A DNA stretch of 64,000 nucleotides from an uncultured Planctomycetaceae bacterium. Lineage in GTDB: Bacteria; Planctomycetota; Planctomycetia; Pirellulales; PALSA-1355. Below, piece after piece: positions 11,143 through 21,273 of this stretch. The notes beneath the pieces are model-generated. The model saw only the letters and a program-made list of their open reading frames with translations, was not told the DNA's origin and did not search any database. A program made the position numbers and the translations under genes. The stretch covers positions 1,824,001 through 1,888,000 of the forward strand of contig CAWAUV010000007.1 of NCBI GenBank assembly GCA_963785305.1. Direction: 5' to 3'. Position 1 is the stretch's first letter; each line of letters starts with the position of its first letter.

Positions 11143-11886
11143 TCAGCCGATCGAAGATATCGTTGAAAAAGGGCGCGGCAGCGACAAGTCATTCTTCATT
11201 CGCGCCGCATAGAAGCCGGAGCAGCTTTCGCATATGCCGTGGCTCGTGTCCGGCGGTGACTTGGAAACCCAGTCGCGGACCCAGTCCCAGACTTCAGGTC
11301 GATCGTTGCGACGTGTTTTGCGGCAATAGCTGCATTGGTGCAAAATGCCGTCATGGTCGTAGTACAAATCCGGGTTGGTGGCCGGAGTCACGCGATTTTG
11401 ATGGTGCAGGCGATCAAGGCGGAGGGAATGCACGACAAGCAGTCCGGCGGCGAGCGCCAGTGGGTAGGCGACCATGTGGAACCATCGAAATCGTTCGGCC
11501 GACGAACACTCGTAGCAGTGTTCCCAAGGACGTTGTTCATCGAGGCTGCGCTGGAAACACCGCCGGTAAAAATTTCGCAAAGGTCCATTGATTCCCGACA
11601 ACAAGTCGCTTCCAAGATTCCAACGCGAGGAAATGTCAGGCTCTCCGCCGTTGACGGCCGCGAAGCCGAACCACCCGGGGCTGATATAAGAGATCGTAAA
11701 ATCAGGCCAAAGACCGTAGGCGCAGATAGCCCCTGAGTCCGTCAATCGCTCGCCAAACTCGCTGATCAATTCAGCGAATCGCGGATGACATGCTCCTTTG
11801 CTGGCGGTGTTGACCACTGTCCGAACCTTTTGTTTCGCCGACGATCCGCGTCCCACGAACATTACGTCGTCGCGAGCGGAACGCAA
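11143..11886 (-). CDS. Hypothetical PAS-like protein with C-terminal CxxC...HGICxxC zinc-binding motif; start uncertain
   Basis: PAS-like core (I.Y.SPGW..FA...GG; YECSS....RWF.M...PL); CSYCRK...WDWV...SHGICESC tail; visibly more AT-rich than its neighbours. Confidence 0.65.
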   Translation of the reverse strand: MRSARDDVMFVGRGSSAKQKVRTVVNTASKGACHPRFAELISEFGERLTDSGAICAYGLWPDFTISYISPGWFGFAAVNGGEPDISSRWNLGSDLLSGINGPLRNFYRRCFQRSLDEQRPWEHCYECSSAERFRWFHMVAYPLALAAGLLVVHSLRLDRLHHQNRVTPATNPDLYYDHDGILHQCSYCRKTRRNDRPEVWDWVRDWVSKSPPDTSHGICESCSGFYAARMKNDLSLPRPFSTISSIG

Positions 11887-12105
11887 CCGAGATCACCCCC
11901 CTTGCAAGCTATTATTGCATATTATCATATAGGGGGTCTCGATCAGGGCCAATCCTCGTGCTCCATCACGGCTGCAAGGGCGGATAATCCGGTTTGCGCG
12001 GGCGCCATGCCCATTGAGGGTTTCAATCGCGACACGCGGCCCTCGTGCCCAAGCGGAGGCGGCGGGCATGGCCCCCGAACCTCAAAATCATGCGTTGACA
12101 ACGCA

Positions 12106-13491
12106 TTAGTAGAGCAAGCCCATCCGCAGCAGTAGGGCGTCGCGCAGGCTGAAATCGGTGGTCGGGCCGCTAAACTGCACTTTGCGGTCGAGAATCGCCC
12201 CGCACTCGACGAACAAATTCAAAAATCCACGGGCCGCGTTGAAGCCGAGCGTCACGTCGTAATAGCTAAATTGTCCCCGCTCGACGACATTATTGTTCGT
12301 CGTGTCGATTTGATATGCGTCGATTTTGTATTCGCCGGCCCCGTAGATCCAGAAATCGAAATCGTAGCGCTTGCCCATGTAGTAACTGATGCGCAACTTG
12401 GGAAACAACAGGCGAAATTCCCAGTGGTCGTCGGGAGTCCAGATCAGCCCGGCGTAGGGAATCGGATAGACATGCAAACGGTCCCACAGGGCGAGTCCGG
12501 CGGCGAACTGCACCTGCGGCGCCGGGCGGTAGAAGAGCACGGCCCGGCCATCGATCATAAACGCGTCTTGGGTGAGCGTGCGGCGAAAGTCGCTGTTGAT
12601 TTGCGGCGTGAGTCCGATCTGCCAATTCCAAGGCTTCGTCGACACACTGGCGAGGCTCAGATCACTCATGAGCTGGGTGCCCATCGGCGGCAGTCCCGAA
12701 CCGCCCGGTTCTTTCCACCATTTGCCATTCACTTCGGGCGTCCAGGCGAAAATCACTCCCGGGTTGATCTGCTTGGCATAGCGAAATGTCGAGTTCCACT
12801 CGAACACGCGCATCGCGCCGGGAATGCCGACCGCTTCGCTCTCGGGCACATAGACCAGTTCGTCTTTGGAATACCAGCCGAATTTATAGGGTTGCACGCC
12901 CGCCATGCCATAGGCGAACTGCCAACCAAATGGATCGTAGTAGCCGGCCACGAGACGTTCTTGCTCGGCGTCGATCGGGCGTCCCTGGGGATCGAAATCG
13001 CTGAAATGGCCCGGCACGAACGCGGGAGGATCGTGGCCGAGCGCTCCGCCCGACCGGCTCCCGAGGCCGGGCCTTACCACCGACGAGCGCGGCACGCTCA
13101 TCACCGGGCCCGCCGGCAGCGGTGGCGGAGGCGGCAGAAAAGGGCCAGGCGGCTGCGAGCCATCGAGCGGTTCGCCGCCATAGGGGCCCACGGGGAGTCC
13201 TTGCCAACCCGAGCCGCCACTATCGCTTCCCACGGAAGGAAGCGGCGAGACGATCTCGGGCGACGGCGCGATGACAGCCGATCCAACAACCGGTCCGGCA
13301 ATGGGACCCGTCGTGGGTCCAACCGTGGCCGCGGGGCCGTAAGCGGGCATCTCGGCTTGCTGCGCGGCGGCCCAAGGCGCGAGGCAAGGCGCGAGGCCAC
13401 CGCACAAAAGCGCTCCCAGCGCGGCGCCGAGCCAGCGCAGCCGCCCACGGCGCGCGCGATCGCGACACGAATTGCTTGGAGCTTGCGACAC
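12106..13491 (-). CDS. Putative outer-membrane beta-barrel protein (DUF6268-like) with Pro/Gly-rich N-terminus
   Basis: Signal peptide; Pro-rich linker; aromatic amphipathic strands (TPQINSDF, PIPYAGLIWTPDDHWEFRLLFPK); terminal Tyr. Confidence 0.6.
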   Translation of the reverse strand: MSQAPSNSCRDRARRGRLRWLGAALGALLCGGLAPCLAPWAAAQQAEMPAYGPAATVGPTTGPIAGPVVGSAVIAPSPEIVSPLPSVGSDSGGSGWQGLPVGPYGGEPLDGSQPPGPFLPPPPPLPAGPVMSVPRSSVVRPGLGSRSGGALGHDPPAFVPGHFSDFDPQGRPIDAEQERLVAGYYDPFGWQFAYGMAGVQPYKFGWYSKDELVYVPESEAVGIPGAMRVFEWNSTFRYAKQINPGVIFAWTPEVNGKWWKEPGGSGLPPMGTQLMSDLSLASVSTKPWNWQIGLTPQINSDFRRTLTQDAFMIDGRAVLFYRPAPQVQFAAGLALWDRLHVYPIPYAGLIWTPDDHWEFRLLFPKLRISYYMGKRYDFDFWIYGAGEYKIDAYQIDTTNNNVVERGQFSYYDVTLGFNAARGFLNLFVECGAILDRKVQFSGPTTDFSLRDALLLRMGLLY

Positions 13492-13869
13492 GTGACGGAA
13501 CTGCCTGTGCGAGACGAGATTGCCGAGTTTTTTCAGAATGGGGAAGCGACGAAAGATCGATGCGGAGCGCGCGCGGGGGCTCCGCGGGGGGAGATTGTCC
13601 GAAAAGCACGGTTTACGTCAATCTCGCTCACCATGTTTTTGGCCAGAAAATCCGTCGAACCGCATGCCGAAGCGGCGGAGTTCGTTTCCGAATAGGCAAA
13701 CTGCCGCCAAGCAAGCGGGGAACAGCCTGCTCGGGCGAGGCATTGGCCGATCGAGCTGTCACAAGTTACGATAGCAGCGTTCGCTGCTGCGATGGCGGTC
13801 GGCGTCGGCGCGGCGTCGGCGATCGATCCTATGGTTGCCATCCCGTTTCATCCCGCGAGTCGATTCGCC

Positions 13870-14242
13870 ATGACCCATGCTTCGGGCAGTTCTCCAACCG
13901 GTTCGATTCTCGCGCACCTGATGGAGGTGGTCGACGACCGCCGCAAATCGCGGCCGGAAAAGTCCTACACCACGCGGCTATTCGATGGCGGCCTGCCGGC
14001 CATTGGCGCCGAAAGTGCGCGAGGAGGCGGAAGAGGTGATCGAAGCCGCCGCCGAGACCGATTCCGCCGCGCACGCGCATCTAACCCATGAGGCCGCCGA
14101 TCTCATCTATCATTTGCTCGTGCTGCTGAGCTACCGCGAAGTGACGCTCGACGAAGTCGAGCAGGAGCTTGCCCGGCGGTTCGGCATTTCGGGCCTCGAT
14201 GAAAAAGCCGCGCGTCCGCGGCAGGCGGAATCGCAGGACTGA
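13870..14242 (+). CDS. hisE: Phosphoribosyl-ATP diphosphatase; frameshift near 14010
   Basis: PEKSYTTRLF..G...IGA, then KVREEAEEVIEAA...HEAADLIYHLLVLL...RFGISGLDEKAAR; directly upstream of hisG. Confidence 0.9.
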
Positions 14243-14338
14243 CCGCCCGAAGCGCACGATGCCCGAGAGAGCTTCGCCCGTGGCCCCCGGCCGCGGCCAA
14301 AACACCGTTGTTTGAATGTTTATCCTTCGGAATCACGC

Positions 14339-15193
14339 ATGACCACGAACCTTCGCATCGGCATTCCCAGCAAGGGGCGACTCGCCGAGTTGGCCGCCGA
14401 TATCTTGAAAGCCGGCGGGCTCAATTTTCGCCGCCAAGAACGCAGCCTCTTTGCCCGCTGCCGAGAAGCGCCGATCGATATCACGTTTCTCCGGGCCGAT
14501 GATATTCCGATCCTCTGCGCCGAGGGCGCGATCGACCTGGGCGTGACGGGCGAGGACCTGATCGTCGAGAGCGGGGCCACGCTCCGCCGCCGGCTCGAAC
14601 TGGGCGTGGGCGATTGCCGGCTGTCGCTGTGCGTGCCGATCGATTCCGCATATCAATCGCCAGCCGATCTCGACGGCGCCCGGGTGGCCACCAGCTTTCC
14701 GAACATTACCCGCGCGTTTTTGGCCGAACACGAGGCCAAGGCCCACTTGGTGACATTGGCCGGCTCGGTGGAAGTGATGATCGCGCTGGGCGTGGCCAAC
14801 GCGATCGTCGATCTGGTCGAAACCGGCAGCACGCTGGTGGCCAATCGGCTGCGAATTCTCAACGACATCAACCGCTATCAAACCGTGCTCGTGCAGAACA
14901 ACGAGCAGCGACACGCCGAACTGGCCGACCGCGTGACCCGGCGGATCGAGGGCGTGGTCATTGCCCGGAGCTACTCGCTCCTGGAATACAATGTGCCGCG
15001 AGCCAAGCTCGGCGAAGCCGAGAAAGTGACACCCGGATTTAATTCGCCCACCGTGAGTTCGCTCGAGGATCCCGATTGGTGCGCGGTGCGGGTGATGGTC
15101 AAACGCTCGCTGATTATCGAAACGCTCGAACGCCTCGAGGCCCTTGGCGCCTCGGCGATTTTGGAGACGCAGATCGTGAATTGCCGGCTCTAG
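14339..15193 (+). CDS. hisG: ATP phosphoribosyltransferase (long form)
   Basis: LRIGIPSKGRL, LRADDIP, GSVE, AIVDLVETGSTL, TPGFNSPTVS, LEALGASAIL. Confidence 0.95.
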   Translation: MTTNLRIGIPSKGRLAELAADILKAGGLNFRRQERSLFARCREAPIDITFLRADDIPILCAEGAIDLGVTGEDLIVESGATLRRRLELGVGDCRLSLCVPIDSAYQSPADLDGARVATSFPNITRAFLAEHEAKAHLVTLAGSVEVMIALGVANAIVDLVETGSTLVANRLRILNDINRYQTVLVQNNEQRHAELADRVTRRIEGVVIARSYSLLEYNVPRAKLGEAEKVTPGFNSPTVSSLEDPDWCAVRVMVKRSLIIETLERLEALGASAILETQIVNCRL

Positions 15194-15255
15194 CAGCCTG
15201 TTGGACCGGCCGCGCCGCCGCATGGACGCGGCTCGGCGCTTGGCGAGGCTGCTAG
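15190..15255. repeat. 66-bp element with 10-bp terminal inverted repeats CTAGCAGCCT/AGGCTGCTAG overlapping the hisG stop
   Basis: Inverted repeat read directly; ends match the elements at 11038 and 19827. Confidence 0.6.
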
Positions 15256-15438
15256 TTCACGCCAACCTGGGGGCGCCGGGCTCGCGGGGCGCCGGAGTGT
15301 CCGACTATTCCCGTCGTGCGGGTCGCTCAATGCGATTGCGCTGTTTGCAAAGCGTCGTTCCCGGTGCTTTTCAAGCCCAACGACCCAAAAGAAGACCGGG
15401 GGAATCGGCTAATCTTTGGGTAAAATATTTTGCAACCG

Positions 15439-15467
15439 TTGAAATCGCGCAAGCGCCAGTGTACTCT
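15439..15467 (+). promoter_or_regulatory. Putative sigma70 promoter TTGAAA-17-TACTCT
   Basis: Near-consensus -35/-10 with 17-bp spacer and AT-rich upstream tract, about 410 nt before the next start codon. Confidence 0.55.
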
Positions 15468-15878
15468 AAAAACTAACCGACAGGTTTCTCCTGTCTTACC
15501 TGACTTGGACGAACGCCAAAGTTCGGCCAAAGGTTCAGGTCCGCCGCGAGGGAACAGAAGAATCGAATAAGCAGGCCAGTCCGCGGCAGGCTGCTGTTCG
15601 AGGCGACAGCAATCACGGGCGGCGCATTTGGCGCCGGCGGTTATCAACGGCGCTTCACGCCGGCGGCGGATTCGCGAGGATCCCATCCGTTGGGCGTTTG
15701 GATCGTCGACGGCGTTTGCTCGCGCGCATTCCAAGACGAGCGGCGTTCCTGTTTCCCCCTTTCTCGATTGATCCGACCGATCGACGCGTGATGGCGTCGG
15801 AACCCCGCAACCTTCTCGCGCGTCGAAAGATTGTCGTTTGGCGGAATTTCACTCCCTCCCTAGGGGCCCTCAAGGCAC

Positions 15879-18800
15879 ATGACCATGCAGCGCAAAAGTC
15901 AACCCAAGCGTCGAACCAACGGACTTGCTCGTCGCTTGAATTTCTCGAGCCACGGCAATCTCAATCTCGAGCAATTGGAAGATCGCTCCCTGCTGTCGGC
16001 CGCGCCGTTGCAAAATCCCGCGAACCATGACGACGTGAACGGCGATGGCAAGCTGACGCCGATGGACGCGCTGGCGGAAATCCAATACATCAACAGCCGG
16101 AGCGAGCTCTCGTCGAGCGTGTCGACGAGCACGTCAACGAGCGCCACGCCGCTCACGGCGTTTGCCGCCTCGAGCTCCGCTTCGTCGAGCTCGTCGGCCG
16201 TCTATCCCAATGTGCTCGGCGGAAGCACGGTCGGACCGGTCGACGCCCTGGCCGTGATTCAAGCGCTCAATGTCCAACCGGCCGCCTCGAACAACGATGT
16301 GGTGCAGATTTCGCTCGAAGCCCAAGACGCCAGCGGCAATGTGATCACGAGCATCAACGCCGGCCAAACCTTCTATCTCGCCGCCTACGCAACCGATCTC
16401 GAAAGCGGTTCCGCGCAGGAGGGCGTGTTTTCCGCCTACCTAGACGCCGCCGTTACCTCCGGCGCCGCGACGCTCGGAACCACCTTTACCTACGGCGGCG
16501 CGGAACTCAATAACGGCAAAAGAGGTAGCGTGGTAAACAATGCCGTGGTTGGCGCCGGCGCGTTCAATCCATCGGGCAGCTTTCCGACCGCCGATCCGGC
16601 CACGCCGCAACTCGTTTGGACCTTGCCCGTCACGGCCACGACCGGCGGCACGCTCACGATCACCCCGAGCGCCTCGACCCTCGCGGGCTTCGACACGGAA
16701 GTCTACAACCCCGCGGTAACCACGCCGCTGCCCGACAATGAAATCGAATATACGCCGGCGTCGATCAATGTGCTCACCGAGCCCTCGGTCAGCGTGGCCT
16801 CGGCCAGCGTGGCGAACAGTTCCAGCTCGAGTGAAACGCTCGACTTTCCCGTGACGCTCAGCGCGGCCAGCACGGCGGACACCGTGATCACGTATTACAC
16901 CACCGACGGATCCGGCACGAGCGGGGCTGTCTCCGGCACGGACTACACCGGCGTGGCGAGCGGATCGCCGCAAACCGTCACGATTCCCGCCGGCTCGACG
17001 ACCGTGAACATTCCGATCACGGTGCTGCCCGCCGCCGCGGTGGGTGAAACCAACAAGACCTTCACCATCACCCTGGTCGGCGTGACCAACTCGGCCACCG
17101 GCGCCACGCTCGGCACATCGACCGCCACCGGCACGATCATCAATACCGACTTCCCCAATGTGTCGATCACGCCCGACGCCGCGAATCCGACCAGCGTCAC
17201 GCCGTCGACCTCGGGCACGGGCACGTATCTGTTCGATGTCACGCTGAGCCAAGCCAGCCAGCAAACCGTCACGGTGAACTACGCAACGTCAAACGGAACC
17301 GGCGTGGCCGGAACCGACTACACCACCGAAAACGGCACGCTCACATTCGCCCCGGGACAGACCACGCAACAGGTCTCGATCCCGATCTTGAACAACCCGA
17401 ACAACACGACCTCGACCTTCACGGTCACGTTGTCGAACCCGACGGATGTCAATATCTCGACCGCCACGGCCACCGGCACGATCGACGACCTGCCGGAAGT
17501 GACGGTCGCCGATGTCGAACAAACGGCCCCGTCGGTGGGCGCCTCGACGATGACCTTCACCGCCACGCTCTCGCAGACCGCGACCCAGAACCTGACGATC
17601 GACTATCAAACCGTCGACGGCACCGCTCTGGCCGGCACGGAATACACCACCGCCAGCGGCAGCGTGACCATCGCGGTCGGATCGAACACCGCCACGTTCA
17701 CGGTGCCGATCTCGACCCAAACGATCTACGAAGGCTCGACCCAATTCACGGTCGACCTCAGCTTGCCGGTTGGCGAGACGGGCGTCGTGTTGAGCTCGAC
17801 GCCGATCACCGGCACGATCGATCCCTCGATCGTCGAGCCCACGGTTTCGATCGCGACCAGTCCCTATACCGATCCCACGAGCGGAGTCGGCTCGTATCCG
17901 TTCACGGTCACGCTCTCGGCCGTCAGCGGCGTGGCCACCACATTCAACTATTTCACATCCGATGGCACCGCCAAGGCCGGAACCGACTACACGGCCGTGA
18001 CCAATGGCACGGCCACGATTGCCGCGGGCCAGACCTCCACGACGATCAATATCCCGGTCACGGCCTACGATATCAACGAGGCGAGCAAGACCTTCACCGT
18101 GACGATCGACAATCTGACGAACGCCACGGCCGGCGCGAGCCTCACGGCCCAAGGCACGATCGTCAACAACGTGCCCGCCCCGTCGATCTCGATCGCCAAT
18201 GTGAATTACACCGATGTAACGAGTGGCGTCGGTGAATTGCCGATCGTGATTTCGCTGTCGGCCATCAGCGGTCAGAATATCAGCTTCGACTACACCACGG
18301 CCGATGGCACGGCCACCGCGCCGACCAACTACACCACGACCGCCGGCTCGGCCACGATCACCGCCGGCCAGCAATCGATCACGATCGATGTGCCGGTCAC
18401 GGCCGAGCAGTATTACACGCCGTCGTCGAATTTTACCTTCACGATCTCGAACGCGACGAATGTCACCGGCTCGAACTCGGTCACGGCGACCGCCACGATC
18501 AACAGTTCCGCCGCGGAACCGAGCGTGTCGGTGGCCAACTATTCCTCGGCCGTGTCGAGCAGCAGCTCGACCACCTTCCCGTTCACGGTCACGCTCTCGG
18601 CGCCGAGCAGCGTGGCCACGACCGTCAACTACGCCACGGCCGATGGCACGGCCACGGCTGGCGTCGACTATGTGGCCGCCAGCGGCACGCTCACGATTGC
18701 CGCCGGCCAAACGACCGGCGTGATCGACGTGACGGTGAATCCCGAGACCATCACCTCGAATCGTGCCTTCACGCTCACGCTCTCCAGCCCGACCAACGCC

Positions 18801-19829
18801 ACGCTGGGCGCGAACAGTGTCGCCACCGGCACGCTGCTGGCCTACTTGCCATCGAGCATCAGCGGCTTCGTGTTCCTCGATGTGAGCAACAACCAAACGA
18901 TGCGGACGAACTCGGTCGTGCTGCCCAATGTGGCGATCACGCTCACCGGCACGAGCAGCGTGACGAACGCGGCCGTGAGCATGAGCACCACCACCAGTTC
19001 GACCGGCGCTTATAGCTTCACCAATCTGCAGCCGGGTCAGTACGTGATCACCGAGACTCCGGTCTCGAGCTATATCGGCGCCGAAGCCATCGCCAACGGA
19101 ACCGGAGTGACGGTCGCCGCGACCAACCAGCTTGCCTTTAATGTGTCCGGCCTGGGTGGCATCAACGACACGAACGACGACTTCGCCTATCTCGGCCAGG
19201 CGCCGGGCTCGATCTCGCAGCGCGGCTACCTTTCGAATCCCACGTCGAATACCGTCGCCGCGGGCGTGGTCACGCCGTCGAGCGCGTTTGCCGCCGCCAG
19301 CGGATCGAGCGCTGGCCTCGACGCCAGCCTCGCCAGCCATGTCACCCTGAGCGGCTCGACGCTCACCGTGACCGGCACGGGTGGCGACGATTCATTCAGC
19401 TTCACCGCCGGCTCGACCACCGACACGATCACTTTCGACGGAGCCCAGTTCTCCTACAGCGCGGCCCAGCTCAAGGCGGTCGATTTCATCGGCACGGGCC
19501 TCGCCGCCGCCACGCTCACCGGCCTGGGCAACGATTCGGCCAATGTCGGACTCGGCTCCGGCACGCTCACCGGCGCCGGCTACACGGTGACGGTCAGCAA
19601 TGTGAATGCCCTGTCGGTCAACGCCGGCGGATCGGGCGGCGTGGCCACGATGCAAAACTCGGCCGCCGTCGATCACCTCTTCGCCTCGGGCAATCTTGCC
19701 TCGCTCTCCGACTCCAGCGGCAGGTCGCTCTCGGTCAACGGCTTTTCGAGCGTGACCGACAATTCGACGGCCGACGGATCGCTCACGAAGAACATCGCGG
19801 CGATCGACTTCGCGCTCAAGACGCTATAA
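15879..19829 (+). CDS. Large secreted surface protein: planctomycete extracellular signal, dockerin-like pair, cohesin-like domain, six Calx-beta repeats, SdrD-B-like domain
   Basis: RRL...LEQLEDRSLLS; DVNGDGKLTPMDAL; six repeats of PSVS(I/V)...F.VTLS...YAT.DGTA.AG.DY; ISGFVFLD...GAYSFTNLQPGQYVITE. Confidence 0.85.
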   Translation: MTMQRKSQPKRRTNGLARRLNFSSHGNLNLEQLEDRSLLSAAPLQNPANHDDVNGDGKLTPMDALAEIQYINSRSELSSSVSTSTSTSATPLTAFAASSSASSSSSAVYPNVLGGSTVGPVDALAVIQALNVQPAASNNDVVQISLEAQDASGNVITSINAGQTFYLAAYATDLESGSAQEGVFSAYLDAAVTSGAATLGTTFTYGGAELNNGKRGSVVNNAVVGAGAFNPSGSFPTADPATPQLVWTLPVTATTGGTLTITPSASTLAGFDTEVYNPAVTTPLPDNEIEYTPASINVLTEPSVSVASASVANSSSSSETLDFPVTLSAASTADTVITYYTTDGSGTSGAVSGTDYTGVASGSPQTVTIPAGSTTVNIPITVLPAAAVGETNKTFTITLVGVTNSATGATLGTSTATGTIINTDFPNVSITPDAANPTSVTPSTSGTGTYLFDVTLSQASQQTVTVNYATSNGTGVAGTDYTTENGTLTFAPGQTTQQVSIPILNNPNNTTSTFTVTLSNPTDVNISTATATGTIDDLPEVTVADVEQTAPSVGASTMTFTATLSQTATQNLTIDYQTVDGTALAGTEYTTASGSVTIAVGSNTATFTVPISTQTIYEGSTQFTVDLSLPVGETGVVLSSTPITGTIDPSIVEPTVSIATSPYTDPTSGVGSYPFTVTLSAVSGVATTFNYFTSDGTAKAGTDYTAVTNGTATIAAGQTSTTINIPVTAYDINEASKTFTVTIDNLTNATAGASLTAQGTIVNNVPAPSISIANVNYTDVTSGVGELPIVISLSAISGQNISFDYTTADGTATAPTNYTTTAGSATITAGQQSITIDVPVTAEQYYTPSSNFTFTISNATNVTGSNSVTATATINSSAAEPSVSVANYSSAVSSSSSTTFPFTVTLSAPSSVATTVNYATADGTATAGVDYVAASGTLTIAAGQTTGVIDVTVNPETITSNRAFTLTLSSPTNATLGANSVATGTLLAYLPSSISGFVFLDVSNNQTMRTNSVVLPNVAITLTGTSSVTNAAVSMSTTTSSTGAYSFTNLQPGQYVITETPVSSYIGAEAIANGTGVTVAATNQLAFNVSGLGGINDTNDDFAYLGQAPGSISQRGYLSNPTSNTVAAGVVTPSSAFAAASGSSAGLDASLASHVTLSGSTLTVTGTGGDDSFSFTAGSTTDTITFDGAQFSYSAAQLKAVDFIGTGLAAATLTGLGNDSANVGLGSGTLTGAGYTVTVSNVNALSVNAGGSGGVATMQNSAAVDHLFASGNLASLSDSSGRSLSVNGFSSVTDNSTADGSLTKNIAAIDFALKTL

Positions 19830-19859
19830 CAGCCTGTTGAATATTTCAAAAGGCTGGTA
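19827..19859. terminator. Hairpin CAGCCTGTTGAATATTTCAAAAGGCTG between convergent genes (terminator or repeat element)
   Basis: Stem CAGCC/GGCTG plus TTGAA/TTCAA immediately after the stop codon. Confidence 0.5.
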
Positions 19860-19921
19860 ACCGACCGGCGCGACTTCAATTGCCCGCGGCGCGGTGGCGA
19901 AGGCGTCACGCGCCGCGGGTC

Positions 19922-20941
19922 TCAGAACGTGCTCGAATCGATCGGCAGCAAGTCGGCCCGATTGCACAGCCTCCGATGGGTCTCGGGGCTGATCGCATAG
20001 TTGATCGAGCGCACCGAGCCATCGCAGAAGGCCATGGAAAACGCCGCCAAGTGCGCGCTGCCGAAGCACCAATAATCGTTCACGCCGGGCGTGTCGGGCA
20101 GAGGAGGCGTGTAGACGAAGTTCGTCGTCGCGGTCGACACTCCGGTTTGCTTGCCGGCGGTGCGAAAGGTGTCCCAGTTGAGACCCGTGTACATGCTTTC
20201 GTTGTCGCCCAGATCGTTGCCGGTTTCGTAGAGCTCGGGCTGCAAATATTTTTCGCCGAGCAGATACGTATTGCTGAGCCCGTCGCGCACGGTCGCGGCC
20301 GAAAGCGCGGTGTGTTGCAAGCAAACCCCGGAGTTGGGCGGCATGCCGACCCAGAAACTGGCGGTCTGCCCCTGCGTATAGCTGCCGGGCTGGGTCCACT
20401 GGGTCGCGTCGACCATGTTGTTGTCGCCGCCATTGCCGACATAGTCGCTCTTGGCGCCGGTGTTGGCGCTGCAATTATTGCAGCCGCCGGCCGGCCGGAT
20501 TTTGGAGATTCTCCGCGTGGGGCAATTGAAAATCGGCAGCGGGGTTTCGACGACCGCGGTCGTGGCGTTGATTTGGCTACTGCTCCCGCTGGCTTGCCCG
20601 GCGCCCAGTTGATAGAGCGCGCCCTGATCGATATAAGGCAACACGCTGAACCACCATCCGCCGGGCTGCTCGACTCCGGAGCCGAGATTCGGATCGCCGG
20701 CCCAGGCAAAGCCCCAACCGCCCGAAGGGAAATAAGCGAGCGCCGACTCGTGTTGCAAGATGCCGAGGCCGAGTTGCTTGAGATTGTTTTGGCATGCCGC
20801 GCGGCGCGACGATTCGCGCGCCACCTGCACGGCCGGCAGCAAGAGCGCCACGAGGATACCGATGATCGTGATCACGACCAGCAGTTCGACGAGCGTGAAA
20901 GCGCCGCGATCGCGTTGAAGCCGATCATTGCTGGCAGCCAT
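19922..20941 (-). CDS. DUF1559 protein with prepilin-type N-terminal cleavage/methylation motif
   Basis: GAFTLVELLVVITIIGILVALLLPAVQ.ARE..RR..CQNNLKQLGL; DGLSNTYLLGEK; FGSAH...MAFCDGSVR (H-X9-DG). Confidence 0.95.
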   Translation of the reverse strand: MAASNDRLQRDRGAFTLVELLVVITIIGILVALLLPAVQVARESSRRAACQNNLKQLGLGILQHESALAYFPSGGWGFAWAGDPNLGSGVEQPGGWWFSVLPYIDQGALYQLGAGQASGSSSQINATTAVVETPLPIFNCPTRRISKIRPAGGCNNCSANTGAKSDYVGNGGDNNMVDATQWTQPGSYTQGQTASFWVGMPPNSGVCLQHTALSAATVRDGLSNTYLLGEKYLQPELYETGNDLGDNESMYTGLNWDTFRTAGKQTGVSTATTNFVYTPPLPDTPGVNDYWCFGSAHLAAFSMAFCDGSVRSINYAISPETHRRLCNRADLLPIDSSTF

Positions 20942-21273
20942 GTGACCGTTCCCGCCGAGACCCTCGCGAAGGACTCGACATGCCAAGGTCGGCCCAGCGG
21001 ATGCGAGCAACTCCGCGCGAAGTGAATGGGCGACTCGTGAAATTATAGGGAGCCGGCGCCCAAACCACAAATTCGAACCTTGCATGTTCGATCCGCGACG
21101 CCCCGGGACCCGCGCGGCGCGAGGCCGGACTACGGCTTCCCGCAGGGCCGCGCCGCGAACAATGCCGCGGGCCTCGAACGGCGAGAGCCTCGGCCGGAAC
21201 GCGCCGGCCGAGGCTCTGAAGCCATCGGTTTCAATTGCTCGGTCGACTCGCCTAGCTGCGAAATCCGAGTCGC

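Noticed and set aside
13690..13730. c-di-GMP-I riboswitch or his attenuator upstream of hisE
   Set aside because: Only GGCAAAC matches; the GNRA hairpin and GCAAA elements are missing, and there is no His-rich leader peptide.
17289..19340. 683-aa minus-strand ORF
   Set aside because: Antisense shadow of the Calx-beta gene.
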